64,000 nucleotides of DNA from positions 314 to 64,313 of the forward strand of contig CAZKPX010000007.1 of assembly GCA_964554805.1 (NCBI GenBank), given 5' to 3'. The notes beneath the pieces were generated by a model. That model worked only from the letters and a program-made list of their open reading frames with translations. It was not told where the DNA came from and searched no databases. The stretch comes from an uncultured Candidatus Saccharibacteria bacterium (lineage in GTDB: Bacteria > Patescibacteriota > CAZHWT01). Shown in pieces: positions 1 to 10,669 of this stretch (positions are counted from its first letter, which is position 1; each line of letters starts with the position of its first letter). The position numbers and the translations under genes were made by a program.

Positions 1-357
1 TCAGCCGCTTCGCGTACAGTCAAACCGGAAACTCACACACCCCTTCCGGGTGTGCATCTCGGAACACCTTCGGGCAAGCGTGACTGACATCCCTCACACA
101 CCCGGAAGGGGTGAGAAGATTATAAGTTCTCTGCCGATGGTTGGGGGTGTCCCTTCAACTGGTCGGCTATGTATTGGTTGGTATACTGTTGTTGGTGCAG
201 GATTTCTATCTTGCCTCGCTGCGCAGCCGTTATATGTGTCATAATTCCTCCTAGAATCATGGATTCAATGTAACGGTTGCGGTTGGTATTAGAAGTCAAG
301 TAGTCCTGATTACTGCACCTCTGTGCTACAATATGGTCAGGAGGACAGTTTATATTT

Positions 358-1290
358 ATGTTCTATTTTTTTCTCGCCGTGGTCGTAGTCGGACTACTAC
401 TCAGCTTCTTCACCGTTAAGCAGCAAACAGCTGCCATTGTCGAAAGGTTCGGCAAATTTAATAAGGTCGCCAATGCCGGCCTTAATATGAAGATACCCTT
501 CATAGATCGAATCTCAGGCCGCTTAAGCCTGCGCGTTCAGCAGCTTGATGTAAAAGTCGAAACCAAGACTAAAGATAACGTATTTGTCTTTATCGTCGTC
601 AGTGTTCAATACCATGTCATCCCAAACAAGGTTGTGGATGCTTTCTATCGTCTCCAAAATCCTCAAGCGCAAATTACGTCATTCGTCTTTGACACAGTTC
701 GAGCCCGAGTCCCCAATGTCATTCTTGATGACTTGTTCCAGATGAAAGATGATATCGCCAGCGCTGTTAAAACTGAATTAGACCAAGTTATGGACGATTT
801 TGGGTATGGCATTCTCAAGACTTTGGTCACTGATATTGATCCGGATGCCAAAGTAAAGTTAAGCATGAATGAAATCAATGCTGCTCAGCGACTCCGAGTT
901 GCCGCCGTCGAGCAGGCTGAAGCCGATAAAATCCGAGTCGTCAAAGCTGCTGAAGCAGAAGCCGAAAGCAAGGCCTTGCAGGGTAAGGGTATTGCCAACC
1001 AGCGCATGGCTATCATCGACGGACTCAGTGATTCTGTTGAAATGTTCAGCAAAAACGTTAATGGAGCTTCTGCTCAAGAGGTTATGAACCTGGTTTTAAT
1101 GACCCAGTACTTCGACACCATCAAAGATGTCAGCGCTTCTAGCCAAACCAACACTATTCTCATCCCGCACTCTCCTGCCGGTATGAATGATCTGTCAGAG
1201 CAAATTCGCAATGCCATGATTACCGCCAACGAGGTAGATAAGAAATCCGGCCACAGAGTTCCGGCTGACATCCCCCGCCCCAAAGCATAG
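358..1290 (+). CDS. SPFH/band-7 domain membrane protein (stomatin/prohibitin/HflC-like)
   Basis: N-terminal TM helix followed by an SPFH-like core (IVERFGKF..., VKVETKTKDNVFV...) and a coiled-coil Ala/Glu-rich C-terminal region. AGGAGG lies 8 nt upstream and an extended -10 TGcTACAAT at about 318-326. Confidence 0.8.
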   Translation: MFYFFLAVVVVGLLLSFFTVKQQTAAIVERFGKFNKVANAGLNMKIPFIDRISGRLSLRVQQLDVKVETKTKDNVFVFIVVSVQYHVIPNKVVDAFYRLQNPQAQITSFVFDTVRARVPNVILDDLFQMKDDIASAVKTELDQVMDDFGYGILKTLVTDIDPDAKVKLSMNEINAAQRLRVAAVEQAEADKIRVVKAAEAEAESKALQGKGIANQRMAIIDGLSDSVEMFSKNVNGASAQEVMNLVLMTQYFDTIKDVSASSQTNTILIPHSPAGMNDLSEQIRNAMITANEVDKKSGHRVPADIPRPKA

Positions 1291-1410
1291 CTGGCGTCAC
1301 AGCACTATCTCACTGCAACACAGCCCTCCTCAGAAGGGCTGTGTTGGTAAATAACACGTATTGCCTAGGTGTGTTCTTGATCTAGCCGTTGACTCTGTTA
1401 AACTGTCACT

Positions 1411-2343
1411 ATGTCCGATATCGTTGTAAGCGTCAAAAATTTTAAGATGCAATTTGGTCAGAAGCAAGTTATCAAAGATCTGTCTTTTGATATTAAACAG
1501 GGTGAAACGTTCGGTTTCTTGGGATCAAACGGTTCGGGTAAAACTACCACCATCCGAGCTCTAATGGGGATTTATAAACCAACTGCCGGCCAACTGCTGA
1601 TAAACGGTCAGCGATTTAGCCCTTCCATGGGTGGTTATTTGGGCTATCTTCCTGAAGAGCGCGGTCTGTATAAGAAAGAGTCAGTTTTAGATATTATGGT
1701 CTACTTTGGCCAGCTCAAAGGCCTGTCTAAGGCGGAGGCTCGTCAATGGTCGCGCAGCTATTTGGAAAAAGTAGAGCTGAGCGATAAAGCCAATCAATCA
1801 CTAGATAAGCTATCCGGTGGCCAGCAGCAAAAGATCCAACTCGGCGTCACCATTATGAATCGGCCCAAGTTGCTAATCCTCGATGAGCCAACCAAAGGTT
1901 TTGACCCGATCAATCGCCGCCTCATGATGGATATTGTCCAGCAATCAATCAATGATGGCTCAACAATTTTACTGGTCACTCACCAAATGGAAGAAGTCGA
2001 GCGACTGTGCCAACGATTAGCGCTACTCAAAGATGGCCAGCGTCGTCTCTACGGTACTGTAGAAGAAATCCGCCAGCAATATGGATCATCCACTATTGTC
2101 CTCGAATTTAGCGGTCAACTGCAGGAAAATGACAAGCTGTTTCATATAGTCAATCAGACTTCGAATACCGCCGAATTAAAACCGATTGGCCAAACTGACC
2201 CCCAGCAAATCCTAGCCGCTTTAGTTAAGCAGACTAAACTAAAAATTATCAGCTTCGCCATCAAACAAGCTTCGTTGGATGATATTTTTATCGAAATATA
2301 TCAGGATCAACAGTCGCCAGTGCCGGAGGCTTCACATGCATAA
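1411..2343 (+). CDS. ABC transporter ATP-binding protein
   Basis: Walker A GSNGSGKTTT, ABC signature LSGGQQQK and Walker B LLILDEPT. Confidence 0.9.
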   Translation: MSDIVVSVKNFKMQFGQKQVIKDLSFDIKQGETFGFLGSNGSGKTTTIRALMGIYKPTAGQLLINGQRFSPSMGGYLGYLPEERGLYKKESVLDIMVYFGQLKGLSKAEARQWSRSYLEKVELSDKANQSLDKLSGGQQQKIQLGVTIMNRPKLLILDEPTKGFDPINRRLMMDIVQQSINDGSTILLVTHQMEEVERLCQRLALLKDGQRRLYGTVEEIRQQYGSSTIVLEFSGQLQENDKLFHIVNQTSNTAELKPIGQTDPQQILAALVKQTKLKIISFAIKQASLDDIFIEIYQDQQSPVPEASHA

Positions 2344-3541
2344 TCTGTGGACAGTCATCACCTTCGAATTCGTCAGAACCTTGAAAAAGAAATCATTCTG
2401 GCTGAGCGCCTTGGCTTTTCCGCTATTAATGGCAATTATTTTTGCTGTAGTATTTATTTCTCAAGATAGCGCTGAAAAAGCTACCCAGCGAGCAGCTGAG
2501 CAAAAATTCTCAATCGCCATTTATGATCAGTCACAGCTAATTCAGGCCCAGCTTCTACAACAGTCAGAAATCAGCACCGTCGCCTCGAAAGACCAGGGTT
2601 TAACCAAGGTTAAACAGGCTCAAGTTGAGGCTTTTTTCTATTACCCTGCCGATCCTTCCCAGCAGCCAATTGAGATATATGCCAAAGATGTCGGCCTGAT
2701 TGATAATAACCGTTATCAAGCCGTCGCTCAGCAGTTGCTCAGCTCCAGTGTGGCTCAAAATATTAACTCTCCTGTTCAAGTTGCTATTATGCAAGGCCAA
2801 ACCGTCACCAATTTGACTACTTTTACCGATGGTCAGGCTCAGCCCGGCTTTGAACGGGTGGTGGCTCCAGGCCTATTTCTGATTTTATTCTATGCAGTCA
2901 TTGCCTTGCTAGCCAATCGGATGCTAGCCAGTACCACTGAGGAAAAAGAAAACCGGGTCATCGAAATGATCTTAACCACCGTAGAATCCAAAACGCTCAT
3001 CTTAGGCAAGATATTGGCTATGGTCTTGATCGGAGCAGTCCAGATTGCAGTCATTATCATACCGGTTTTGGCGACAAATTATTTCTTTGGCCAGCAATTA
3101 AACCTGCCCAATCTCAACCTGTCAGATAGCTCAATCTCAACCCAGCAATTTGTTATCGGACTTGCCACCTTAATGCTTGGTTTCTTCCTTATGACTGGTT
3201 GTCTGGTAGCTATTGGAGCAGCAGTGCCTACCGCCAAAGAGGCCAACAACTTTTTTGGCATAGTTATCTTGGCCATGCTTATCCCGCTGTATGCATTGAT
3301 GGCCATTATTTCAGACCCCAACCAACCGCTCGTTCAAATCATGACCTACGTCCCCCTCACCTCACCTGTCACCCTTCTGCTTCGCAATGCTGTCGATAAT
3401 CTGCCTCTTTGGCAGGCACTGATTAGTCTAGCCATCTTAGCCGTATCAAGCGTCGCATCCTTAGTTATCGCTGCCCGAACATTTGGCTACGGCACCCTCG
3501 AGTATAGCCGCAAACTGAGCCTCAGAGAAATATTTCGCTAA
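2336..3541 (+). CDS. ABC-2 type transporter permease
   Basis: Multi-TM protein directly downstream of the ABC ATPase. The ATG at 2336 overlaps the ATPase stop (ATGcaTAA), suggesting translational coupling. The six-frame ORF extends further upstream, but that part overlaps the ATPase coding region. Confidence 0.75.
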   Translation: MHNLWTVITFEFVRTLKKKSFWLSALAFPLLMAIIFAVVFISQDSAEKATQRAAEQKFSIAIYDQSQLIQAQLLQQSEISTVASKDQGLTKVKQAQVEAFFYYPADPSQQPIEIYAKDVGLIDNNRYQAVAQQLLSSSVAQNINSPVQVAIMQGQTVTNLTTFTDGQAQPGFERVVAPGLFLILFYAVIALLANRMLASTTEEKENRVIEMILTTVESKTLILGKILAMVLIGAVQIAVIIIPVLATNYFFGQQLNLPNLNLSDSSISTQQFVIGLATLMLGFFLMTGCLVAIGAAVPTAKEANNFFGIVILAMLIPLYALMAIISDPNQPLVQIMTYVPLTSPVTLLLRNAVDNLPLWQALISLAILAVSSVASLVIAARTFGYGTLEYSRKLSLREIFR

Positions 3542-3560
3542 ACAAATAGGGGACTAACAA

Positions 3561-3926
3561 TTAACAGGGATTTTTGGGCAGCAAGCACAAGCCATGTCGC
3601 TTGCTCCAATTAGCCATTTGTTCAAGAATAGGAATGAGGTCTCGCCCTTTATCTGTCAGACTGTATTCGCAGCGAGGTGGAACTTCGGCAAATGATTGAC
3701 GAGTAATGATGCCATGCTCTTGCAGCTTATCAAGTCGAGCTGACAATGTACGCGGATTAATGCCACCCACAGCCTCCTGTATCTGCCCAAATCGAGCTGG
3801 CCCACTGCCGGATAAATATTGCAGCAGCAAAGGAGTCCATTTATCTCCCAAGATCTGAGTGGCCGCCCCCACGCATGTGTCGCCTTGAATATCTTGGTCT
3901 GTGCCGAGAGTAGTTGTAACTGTCAT
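3561..3926 (-). CDS. HxlR-family winged-helix transcriptional regulator
   Basis: About 120 aa with a CxxxxxLxxLGDKWTxLLL... HxlR-type motif. It is divergent from an FMN reductase gene, a common HxlR pairing. Confidence 0.75.
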   Translation of the reverse strand: MTVTTTLGTDQDIQGDTCVGAATQILGDKWTPLLLQYLSGSGPARFGQIQEAVGGINPRTLSARLDKLQEHGIITRQSFAEVPPRCEYSLTDKGRDLIPILEQMANWSKRHGLCLLPKNPC

Positions 3927-3967
3927 AAGTAAATCCTATTATATGCGATTACCCCTTGCTTTCTAAA

Positions 3968-3984
3968 ACTATACAAAGTATAGT
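3968..3984. promoter_or_regulatory. Perfect palindrome ACTATAC-AAA-GTATAGT in the HxlR / FMN-reductase divergent intergenic region (candidate operator)
   Basis: 7-bp arms with a 3-bp spacer, read directly, in an AT-rich promoter region between divergent genes. Confidence 0.35.
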
Positions 3985-4028
3985 AAGTATATAATATATA
4001 GTAAAGATAAAAGCGACAGGAGATTTTT

Positions 4029-4607
4029 ATGAAAATTCAAATAATAGTCGGTAGTACTCGGCCTAATCGATTCGGCATTACGGCAGCCGCCTGGTTTAAC
4101 GGTCTGGCTCAACAGGCCAATATTGATGGGGTTGAGTTTGAGCTAGTAGATCTAGAGCAAGTTAACCTGCCGATGCTTGACGAGTCTGTATCTGCTTCCC
4201 AAAATCAGTATACCAATAAGCACACCAAGGATTGGTCAGCCAAAATTAACCAGGCAGATGGCTATATCTTTGTCACAGCCGAGTACAATCACTCCTTCCC
4301 AGCCTCGCTCAAAAACGCCATCGACTATCTGTATCTTGAATGGAATCACAAGCCGGTAGCTTTTGTGAGCTATGGTGCTGGACAGGGTGGTTCTCGGGCC
4401 ATTGAGCATTTGCGCGGCGTGGCTGGACAGCTCAAAATGTATGATCTGCCAGAATTTGTCAGTGTTCCTAACTATTGGACTCAAATCACAGACTCGGGGT
4501 TTGTGGCGACTGATGACCAGATCAAAGATGCTCAAGGCTTACTGAGTAGCATCGCCTTCTGGTCAGCTGAAATGAAGTCATCTCGAGCCAAGCTGGCTAC
4601 CAAGTAA
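4029..4607 (+). CDS. NADPH-dependent FMN reductase (flavodoxin-like fold)
   Basis: MKIQIIVGSTRPNRFG... N-terminus and the YIFVTAEYNHSFPASLKNAIDYL motif typical of the NADPH-dependent FMN reductase family. GGAG RBS upstream. Confidence 0.85.
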   Translation: MKIQIIVGSTRPNRFGITAAAWFNGLAQQANIDGVEFELVDLEQVNLPMLDESVSASQNQYTNKHTKDWSAKINQADGYIFVTAEYNHSFPASLKNAIDYLYLEWNHKPVAFVSYGAGQGGSRAIEHLRGVAGQLKMYDLPEFVSVPNYWTQITDSGFVATDDQIKDAQGLLSSIAFWSAEMKSSRAKLATK

Positions 4608-4814
4608 TAATTACCAGCAGTTGAATTTTAGATAGCATCACCATAAGAGGCTTCTCGCTGAGGCCTCTTGGTCGGTATTATATGTCTAATCAGGACATAC
4701 AACTGTCCAAAAGTCTCACAAATATGAGCTTCAAATTTTGGCAGGCAGCCGCTTGTGTGATATGCTATATAGCCTAGACGTCCGGCAGTATAGCCATCGG
4801 ACGCAGGGCCTTTC

Positions 4815-6155
4815 ATGGACAAACCTGTCTTACTCAATCGACTCATTTCCATAGATATTCTGAGGGGATACTTTCTTCTTGTCATCATCATAGATCATTT
4901 TGGTCGATTTCCTAACTTTCTGGAGTGGGTCAGCGGCAGAGGAGCCTTGTGGGTGACCGCCGCTGAAGGATTTTTCTTCGTTTCTGGACTCATGCTGGGC
5001 TTAACAGCGGTCCGCAAGCTAAATCAGCGAGGCTTTTGGCCAACTGCCAAAAAAATGTGGCGGCGCAGTGCATTGCTATACATCCTATCTATCGCAACCA
5101 CCCTAGGTTTTACCTATATTGCTTTTCAACTAGGCTGGGCGCCCAAAGGAGGATTGATCGAGACACAGCATTGGCCAACCATCATTAGCCAAACATTGTC
5201 GATGAGCTATGCCTATGGCTGGGCCGATTTCTTGCCTAGGTATGCTCTCTATATGGCCGTCGCGCCAATCGCAGCCTACCTATTAATTCGTGGATACTGG
5301 TGGGCTGTTGTCTGGATGAGCGGCCTGGTCTGGCTAGCCATCGGTCCGACCAACTTTACGTATGCCTGGCAAATTCTGTTCTTCCTCGGCATGGTATTTG
5401 GCTATTATTTACCCCAAACCAAAGCCTGGGCTTCATCGTGGAGCCAACCAAAACAAACCATGATGTACCGATCGAGTATTGCTCTGTCTGCAGTCCTTCT
5501 GGTAGCTAGTGTGGTTGTTTGTCTTTTCCCCATGATGGTGTATGATTACAGCCGGTTTACTACCCCCATCATCACCTCCTTTAGCACCTTAGCTGAGCGC
5601 GACAATCTAGTTAACTATTTGACTTCCATCAACACAGACTTATCCGGCTGGTTGAGTCATCAATTTATGGGCCCTGGTCGCATTGCCCTATTCCTGCTGT
5701 ATTTTGGAACCGCCTTTGCAGTACTGCAAAGGCATGGTCAAAAGGTTGCTCATGGCTTGGGTTGGCTACTTTTCCCCTTAGGTAAAAATTCACTCCTGAC
5801 CTACATTACTCATGCTTGTGTCTTATTTGCACTTGATATATATGTCCTCCGCCAGCCTGGCTTTAAGTGGAACTTTTTGCATACTATACTAGCCATCGGC
5901 TTGGTCTGGTCAATGGTAGTCATCGTCTCAAACAAACATCGACTATTGCCAGCAGTTAAACAAGCCCTAGTCCAGCTCCCCGCAGCACGACAAGTCCTAG
6001 CCAACCCGGCTGCCTCATTCAAGTACCAGCTATCTACCAGCAGCTCTCTTTTTAGCCATCAAGCAGGGTCAGCCACCAAATCCGTCGCCGTTGCGGTGCC
6101 ATTAATCGCCATCTTTGTCCTGGCCGCCATTCTGACAGTTAGGTCTTTGTTGTAG
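4815..6155 (+). CDS. Integral membrane protein, acyltransferase-3 / OpgC-like
   Basis: Ten or more predicted TM helices. The N-terminal motif LISIDILRGYFLLVIIIDH resembles the first conserved block of family-3 acyltransferases. Confidence 0.45.
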   Translation: MDKPVLLNRLISIDILRGYFLLVIIIDHFGRFPNFLEWVSGRGALWVTAAEGFFFVSGLMLGLTAVRKLNQRGFWPTAKKMWRRSALLYILSIATTLGFTYIAFQLGWAPKGGLIETQHWPTIISQTLSMSYAYGWADFLPRYALYMAVAPIAAYLLIRGYWWAVVWMSGLVWLAIGPTNFTYAWQILFFLGMVFGYYLPQTKAWASSWSQPKQTMMYRSSIALSAVLLVASVVVCLFPMMVYDYSRFTTPIITSFSTLAERDNLVNYLTSINTDLSGWLSHQFMGPGRIALFLLYFGTAFAVLQRHGQKVAHGLGWLLFPLGKNSLLTYITHACVLFALDIYVLRQPGFKWNFLHTILAIGLVWSMVVIVSNKHRLLPAVKQALVQLPAARQVLANPAASFKYQLSTSSSLFSHQAGSATKSVAVAVPLIAIFVLAAILTVRSLL

Positions 6156-6163
6156 AGAGCGCT

Positions 6164-8608
6164 TTGCCATTACAGATAGTTCTGTATAATGATGGTATGA
6201 GCCAAGTCGCGCCACCTATCATCGGACCACAATTGGCTGGACTCACCTCCAAGCAAGCCGCCCAATTGTTGCAAGCAGGCAAAAACAATATTCAAACTAC
6301 TCGATCAGCTCGGCCGTATTCTAGAATTATTCTAGAAAACGTTTTCAGCTTTTTTAACATTCTATTGTTCTCGTCTATTGCTGTAGTGGTGTATGCCGGG
6401 GGGAGTCGAGATGTAATCTTTCCGACAAGTCTGCTGCTATTCAATATCAGCCTGAGTCTTATCCAAGAGATTAAAGCTCGTAAATCGCTCGATAAACTGT
6501 CTATGCTCAGCCAGCACTCGGTAACAGCCAGGCGTGATGGGCACGATCTAGTAATTCCGATTCAGGATATTGTCAGCAACGACCTGGTCGTCATCAGTCC
6601 TGGCCAAACCATTGTCGTTGACGGGCCAGTATTGCTATCCAACAATCTAGAAGTAAATGAGTCATCGTTAACAGGAGAGTCGCATGACATCGCCAAGCGG
6701 GAATCAGACCAGCTAACCTCCGGCTCCTACTGTACGGCCGGATCAGGTATCATGCAGGCCGGCAAAATCGGTCCAGCTAGTTATATAAATCGCATGGCTC
6801 AGTCAGCCAAGATATTTCAACGCCAGCTGACGCCTGTCCAAAAGCGCCTCAACGCCGTACTGCGATATATGATCATCGCCATCGCCATTTTTGCCCCACT
6901 CACCCTTATCTCAGGCATAAACATCAACCTAGGCCTGACCAACTCCATAGAGAATATGATCAGCCTACTAACCAGCTTAGTCCCACAAGGTTTAATTGCT
7001 AGCGTAGCTATCTTGTACACCTATGGCGCTATTCGTATTAGTCGATCGCACACCTTAGTCCAGCGCATCAATGCTGTAGAGTCAATTGGGGCTGTCACGG
7101 TTCTGTGCACCGATAAGACCGGCACCTTAACCGAGAATAAGCTAGCAGTTCATCAGCTGATTCCACTTCACCAAGATACCCCGGAGCAACTCCAGCAACT
7201 TATTGGCAGTTTTGCTGCCTCAGTCTCCACGCCCAATGGCACCACCACTGCCATGGCTGCCTATGCTCCTGCTCAGTCGTGGCATATAGATCACGAGGTA
7301 GCATTCAAGTCACAGCGAAAATGGAGCGGAGTAACTGTCACTCAAAACAGCAAAACCGTCTCCTACATACTCGGAGCTCCTGAAGTAATTCTCAGCAAGC
7401 AATCGCTCCATGATCATCAAGAGATAATTAATCGATTAACCTCCACTGGCTTGAGAGTCATCGCCCTTATTCAATCCAGCCAAGCTCTGTCTTCGACCAA
7501 GCCTCAGTTGCCAACCAAGTCCCAACCAGTGGCTCTTATAGTCCTGGGAGATCAGGTCAGAACAGACGTCCAAAAGACCCTGGCCGATTTTTATCAACTT
7601 GGTATACAAGTTAAGGTTATCTCTGGAGACAATCTAGCTACGGTCCAGGCAATAGCAGCCCAGTCAGGATTGACGGCAGCCTCGGCCTTGACTCAATCTG
7701 ACCTAGAGGTGCTTGACCAAGATCATTTTGACCAAATTGTCAGTAAAACCGACATCTTTGCTCGGATTACCCCTGATATGAAGCAAAAGATAATCGAATC
7801 GCTCAAGAAAGCTGGCGAGCATGTAGCCATGATCGGCGATGGTGTCAACGATGTGCCCGCCCTCAAACAAGCCAATGCCTCAATCGCCATGAATAGCGGT
7901 GCTCAGATTGCCAAAGATGTTGCCGATGTGGTGTTGCTCAATAACGCCTTTTCTACATTACCCAAGGCTATCGCCGAGGGTCGGGACATTTCACAGCGGA
8001 TTTACGCCATTGCCAAGATATTTCTGACCAAAGCTATCTACCTCATGATCCTATTCGTTCTGGCTGGCTTTGCGAGCATTCCGTTTCCGATCGATCTGCG
8101 CCAAACCACCTTGCTGGGCTTCGTCATAACAGGCTTGCCAATCGCCTGTATCGCTATCAAGATCATTGATGTGTCCAAGCCAAAAGACCCTGCCAAAGAT
8201 TTTCTTATTTACACCATTCTGGGTGGCGTTATCGGCGGCTTGGCCCTGGCCTACCTAAGTATCGTTACCTTTTCTGTCTTCAATCAGCCCATCGAGGTCA
8301 GCAAAACTATGATTACCATCTTTGCCATCATGTACAGCAGCTGTATTCTATGGCAAGTAAGTGGCATTACAATTTGGGATTTTTTATTAGTCCGGCGAAC
8401 AACACAAATCTTCTTGCTCTGCACGCTAACAGTCATTGCCATCGGCGTACCAGCTCTGTGGTTTCCAAGCGTCTTCCATCTGGTGCCGCTTGGTTTTGCC
8501 AGACTGCTATTCTTGGCAGGTCTAGCCTTATTGTGCGCCGTATTGTTGCAGTACTTCACCGACAAACTATCCCAGAACAGTTTTTTGGCAAAGCTGCATC
8601 AAAAGTAG
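6164..8608 (+). CDS. P-type cation-transporting ATPase (HAD superfamily, P2-type-like)
   Basis: Phosphorylation motif CTDKTGTLTEN, hinge MIGDGVNDVPALKQANASIAM, and TM segments on both sides. The start could instead be the internal Met at about 6197. Confidence 0.9.
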   Translation: MPLQIVLYNDGMSQVAPPIIGPQLAGLTSKQAAQLLQAGKNNIQTTRSARPYSRIILENVFSFFNILLFSSIAVVVYAGGSRDVIFPTSLLLFNISLSLIQEIKARKSLDKLSMLSQHSVTARRDGHDLVIPIQDIVSNDLVVISPGQTIVVDGPVLLSNNLEVNESSLTGESHDIAKRESDQLTSGSYCTAGSGIMQAGKIGPASYINRMAQSAKIFQRQLTPVQKRLNAVLRYMIIAIAIFAPLTLISGININLGLTNSIENMISLLTSLVPQGLIASVAILYTYGAIRISRSHTLVQRINAVESIGAVTVLCTDKTGTLTENKLAVHQLIPLHQDTPEQLQQLIGSFAASVSTPNGTTTAMAAYAPAQSWHIDHEVAFKSQRKWSGVTVTQNSKTVSYILGAPEVILSKQSLHDHQEIINRLTSTGLRVIALIQSSQALSSTKPQLPTKSQPVALIVLGDQVRTDVQKTLADFYQLGIQVKVISGDNLATVQAIAAQSGLTAASALTQSDLEVLDQDHFDQIVSKTDIFARITPDMKQKIIESLKKAGEHVAMIGDGVNDVPALKQANASIAMNSGAQIAKDVADVVLLNNAFSTLPKAIAEGRDISQRIYAIAKIFLTKAIYLMILFVLAGFASIPFPIDLRQTTLLGFVITGLPIACIAIKIIDVSKPKDPAKDFLIYTILGGVIGGLALAYLSIVTFSVFNQPIEVSKTMITIFAIMYSSCILWQVSGITIWDFLLVRRTTQIFLLCTLTVIAIGVPALWFPSVFHLVPLGFARLLFLAGLALLCAVLLQYFTDKLSQNSFLAKLHQK

Positions 8609-8677
8609 TTGACGATGTTTTAAGTCCCGTGTAAGCTTCTATTATGTATGGCTGATTTTTAGCCCCAGGATCTTACT

Positions 8678-9202
8678 ATGGCCAAACAAGAACAACTCCA
8701 AATCCAAGAAGAGCGATCCCGGCGTCGTCGGCATGTCATCAAAAGCTATAAGCAACGAGCCAATGCCAAGCGATCTTTTATTGACATCGTGGCCGATTGG
8801 ATGACTAATAAGTTTGGTACGGTTACCTTCCTTATAGCCAATCTGATAGTTTTTGCAATTTGGTTGGCCATTAACTCTCAGACGTTTCCCTGGATACACT
8901 CCTTCGATCCATTCCCTTATGGTTTACTAACCATGGCTATGTCCATAGAGGCCATTATCTTAGCCATTATTGTTCTTATATCTCAGAATCGAGAAGCTCG
9001 TATCTCTGAAATCAGAGAAGAAATCGATCTGCAGGTCAACCTTATCTCCGAAGAAGAAAATGTCAAAATTTTGGAGCTGCTCAGTCGATTAATGGAAAAA
9101 GAAGGTATCGACCTCAGCCAAGACCAAGAGCTGCAAACCATGTTGAGACCTATCAGAAATATTCGTATCGAAGAGCGCATCGAAAAACAATTATCAGACT
9201 AG
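8678..9202 (+). CDS. DUF1003 family membrane protein
   Basis: Two TM helices followed by a coiled-coil tail; the motifs FPWIHSFDPFPYGLLTMAMSIEAI match the DUF1003 architecture. Confidence 0.6.
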   Translation: MAKQEQLQIQEERSRRRRHVIKSYKQRANAKRSFIDIVADWMTNKFGTVTFLIANLIVFAIWLAINSQTFPWIHSFDPFPYGLLTMAMSIEAIILAIIVLISQNREARISEIREEIDLQVNLISEEENVKILELLSRLMEKEGIDLSQDQELQTMLRPIRNIRIEERIEKQLSD

Positions 9203-9266
9203 TGGACTCGCATCAGGTATGATATAAACTGCAAGATAGTCAGTAAGACAAATATAAGCTACCGCA

Positions 9267-10445
9267 GTGACCTCAGCATCTTCCAAGCCCTCCACCATTA
9301 CCATATCTCGCCAGCAAGCTGTTAACTTTTTGCTCAGACACCATGGCCTCAATCAAGCTCCTTCGGTATCAAGCTGGCAAACAATTGATCAAGTCTTCCA
9401 GCATCTGCGGGCAATTCAGTTTGATCCGCTTAAGCCATGTGGCAATAATGTCGACCTAGTCCTCCAGTCGCGATTGCGGGATATCCATCCGGGCGACTAT
9501 GCCAACTGGCTTTATCAGCGTCGACAAGGAGTAGAGTACTTTGACAAAGTCTTATGCCTGCTACCAATTGAAGACTTGCCATATACCTACGCCAAGCGTT
9601 TACAAATTGCCCAGAATCCTCGACTCAAACAGTTTGTCGATCGACATAGTTCAGAGATGGTTGCCATAATACAACGCATCGACCAAACCGGCCCTATCTC
9701 ATCGCAACATATAATTGATGACCGGATTATTGATTGGTCGTGGAGTCAAGCTAGATGGGGCAGAGCGGCTCTTGAGGCACTATGGGAAACCGGCCAAGTA
9801 GTTGTTTCGTATCGAAAACAGGGTCGCAAATATTACGATTTACCAGCCAAAGTTTACGGCCAGGCGTATAATTCTCTGGGTTCAGCCGTTATCGATCATG
9901 GTCATATCCTGCGCCGACTTCAATCAACAGGCTTTCTGCCTGCTTCAGGTGCAGGTACGGGCTGGCTTGGCCTAACTCCCGGCCCACTTAAGCAGCAGGC
10001 CATCAAACAGGCGGTGCAATCTGGTCAAGCCCAACTGATTACCATCGAAGGTTTAGCCAAGCCATTCATTATCCAGACCAAGCATCTGGATCAGCTGCAA
10101 AACTCACCAAATCCCCAACAATCTCTTCAATTCATCGCCCCCTTAGATAATTTCATCTGGGATAGACTGTCAATCAAAGCTTTATTCAAATTTGATTATA
10201 AATGGGAAGTCTATACACCAGCTCTACAGCGACGTTTTGGGTATTATGCCCTTCCCATGCTGTATGGCTCTCAATTAATCGGACGCATCGAGCCTGTCTT
10301 CAAGGAGGGTCAACTAATCATCAACAACAAGTGGCTAGAGCAGGGAGTGGTCTGGGATAAGCATCTGCGGGCAGCCTATCAGCAGGCTGTCGAGCAATTT
10401 GCAGCGTATCTTCAGACTCAAGTCATCATTGATCGCTCTCAGTAG
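9267..10445 (+). CDS. Winged-helix DNA-binding protein, YcaQ/AlkZ-like (DUF1006) candidate
   Basis: About 390 aa soluble protein with a QFDPL motif and overall YcaQ-like composition. Weak call by motif only. Confidence 0.45.
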   Translation: MTSASSKPSTITISRQQAVNFLLRHHGLNQAPSVSSWQTIDQVFQHLRAIQFDPLKPCGNNVDLVLQSRLRDIHPGDYANWLYQRRQGVEYFDKVLCLLPIEDLPYTYAKRLQIAQNPRLKQFVDRHSSEMVAIIQRIDQTGPISSQHIIDDRIIDWSWSQARWGRAALEALWETGQVVVSYRKQGRKYYDLPAKVYGQAYNSLGSAVIDHGHILRRLQSTGFLPASGAGTGWLGLTPGPLKQQAIKQAVQSGQAQLITIEGLAKPFIIQTKHLDQLQNSPNPQQSLQFIAPLDNFIWDRLSIKALFKFDYKWEVYTPALQRRFGYYALPMLYGSQLIGRIEPVFKEGQLIINNKWLEQGVVWDKHLRAAYQQAVEQFAAYLQTQVIIDRSQ

Positions 10446-10669
10446 ATGGCGGCAAGGAATAGTAAATTCATTTCCCTCCTTGCATCTTTGTATATCTAGC
10501 TGTATACTCATGCCAGCTGCAGGATAGTGCTTTGTGTTCTTTTAGTCATTTCTGTTACAGATTTGCGCCGTACGTAACATAAGCCATCAGGAAACAATTT
10601 CCCGGCTTGTGGGTATCAAAGAAAACTCTTGCGCGTATCTTTAACAGAAATGAGGTGACTTACACATTT

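Noticed and set aside
50-244. 64-aa ORF at the window start
   Set aside because: It lies in a GC-rich, hairpin-dense region with no RBS. It is more likely a non-coding or structured-RNA region.
663-1283. Antisense or alternate-frame ORFs inside the SPFH gene (663-878, 859-1077, 869-1087, 1074-1283)
   Set aside because: They are fully embedded in a well-supported coding region on the other strand or frame. This is typical of spurious six-frame ORFs. The same reasoning was applied to the many 60-110 aa ORFs embedded in other called genes.
8284-8899. Short ORFs overlapping the P-type ATPase 3' end and the DUF1003 5' end
   Set aside because: They overlap strongly supported genes, and lack RBS and motifs.
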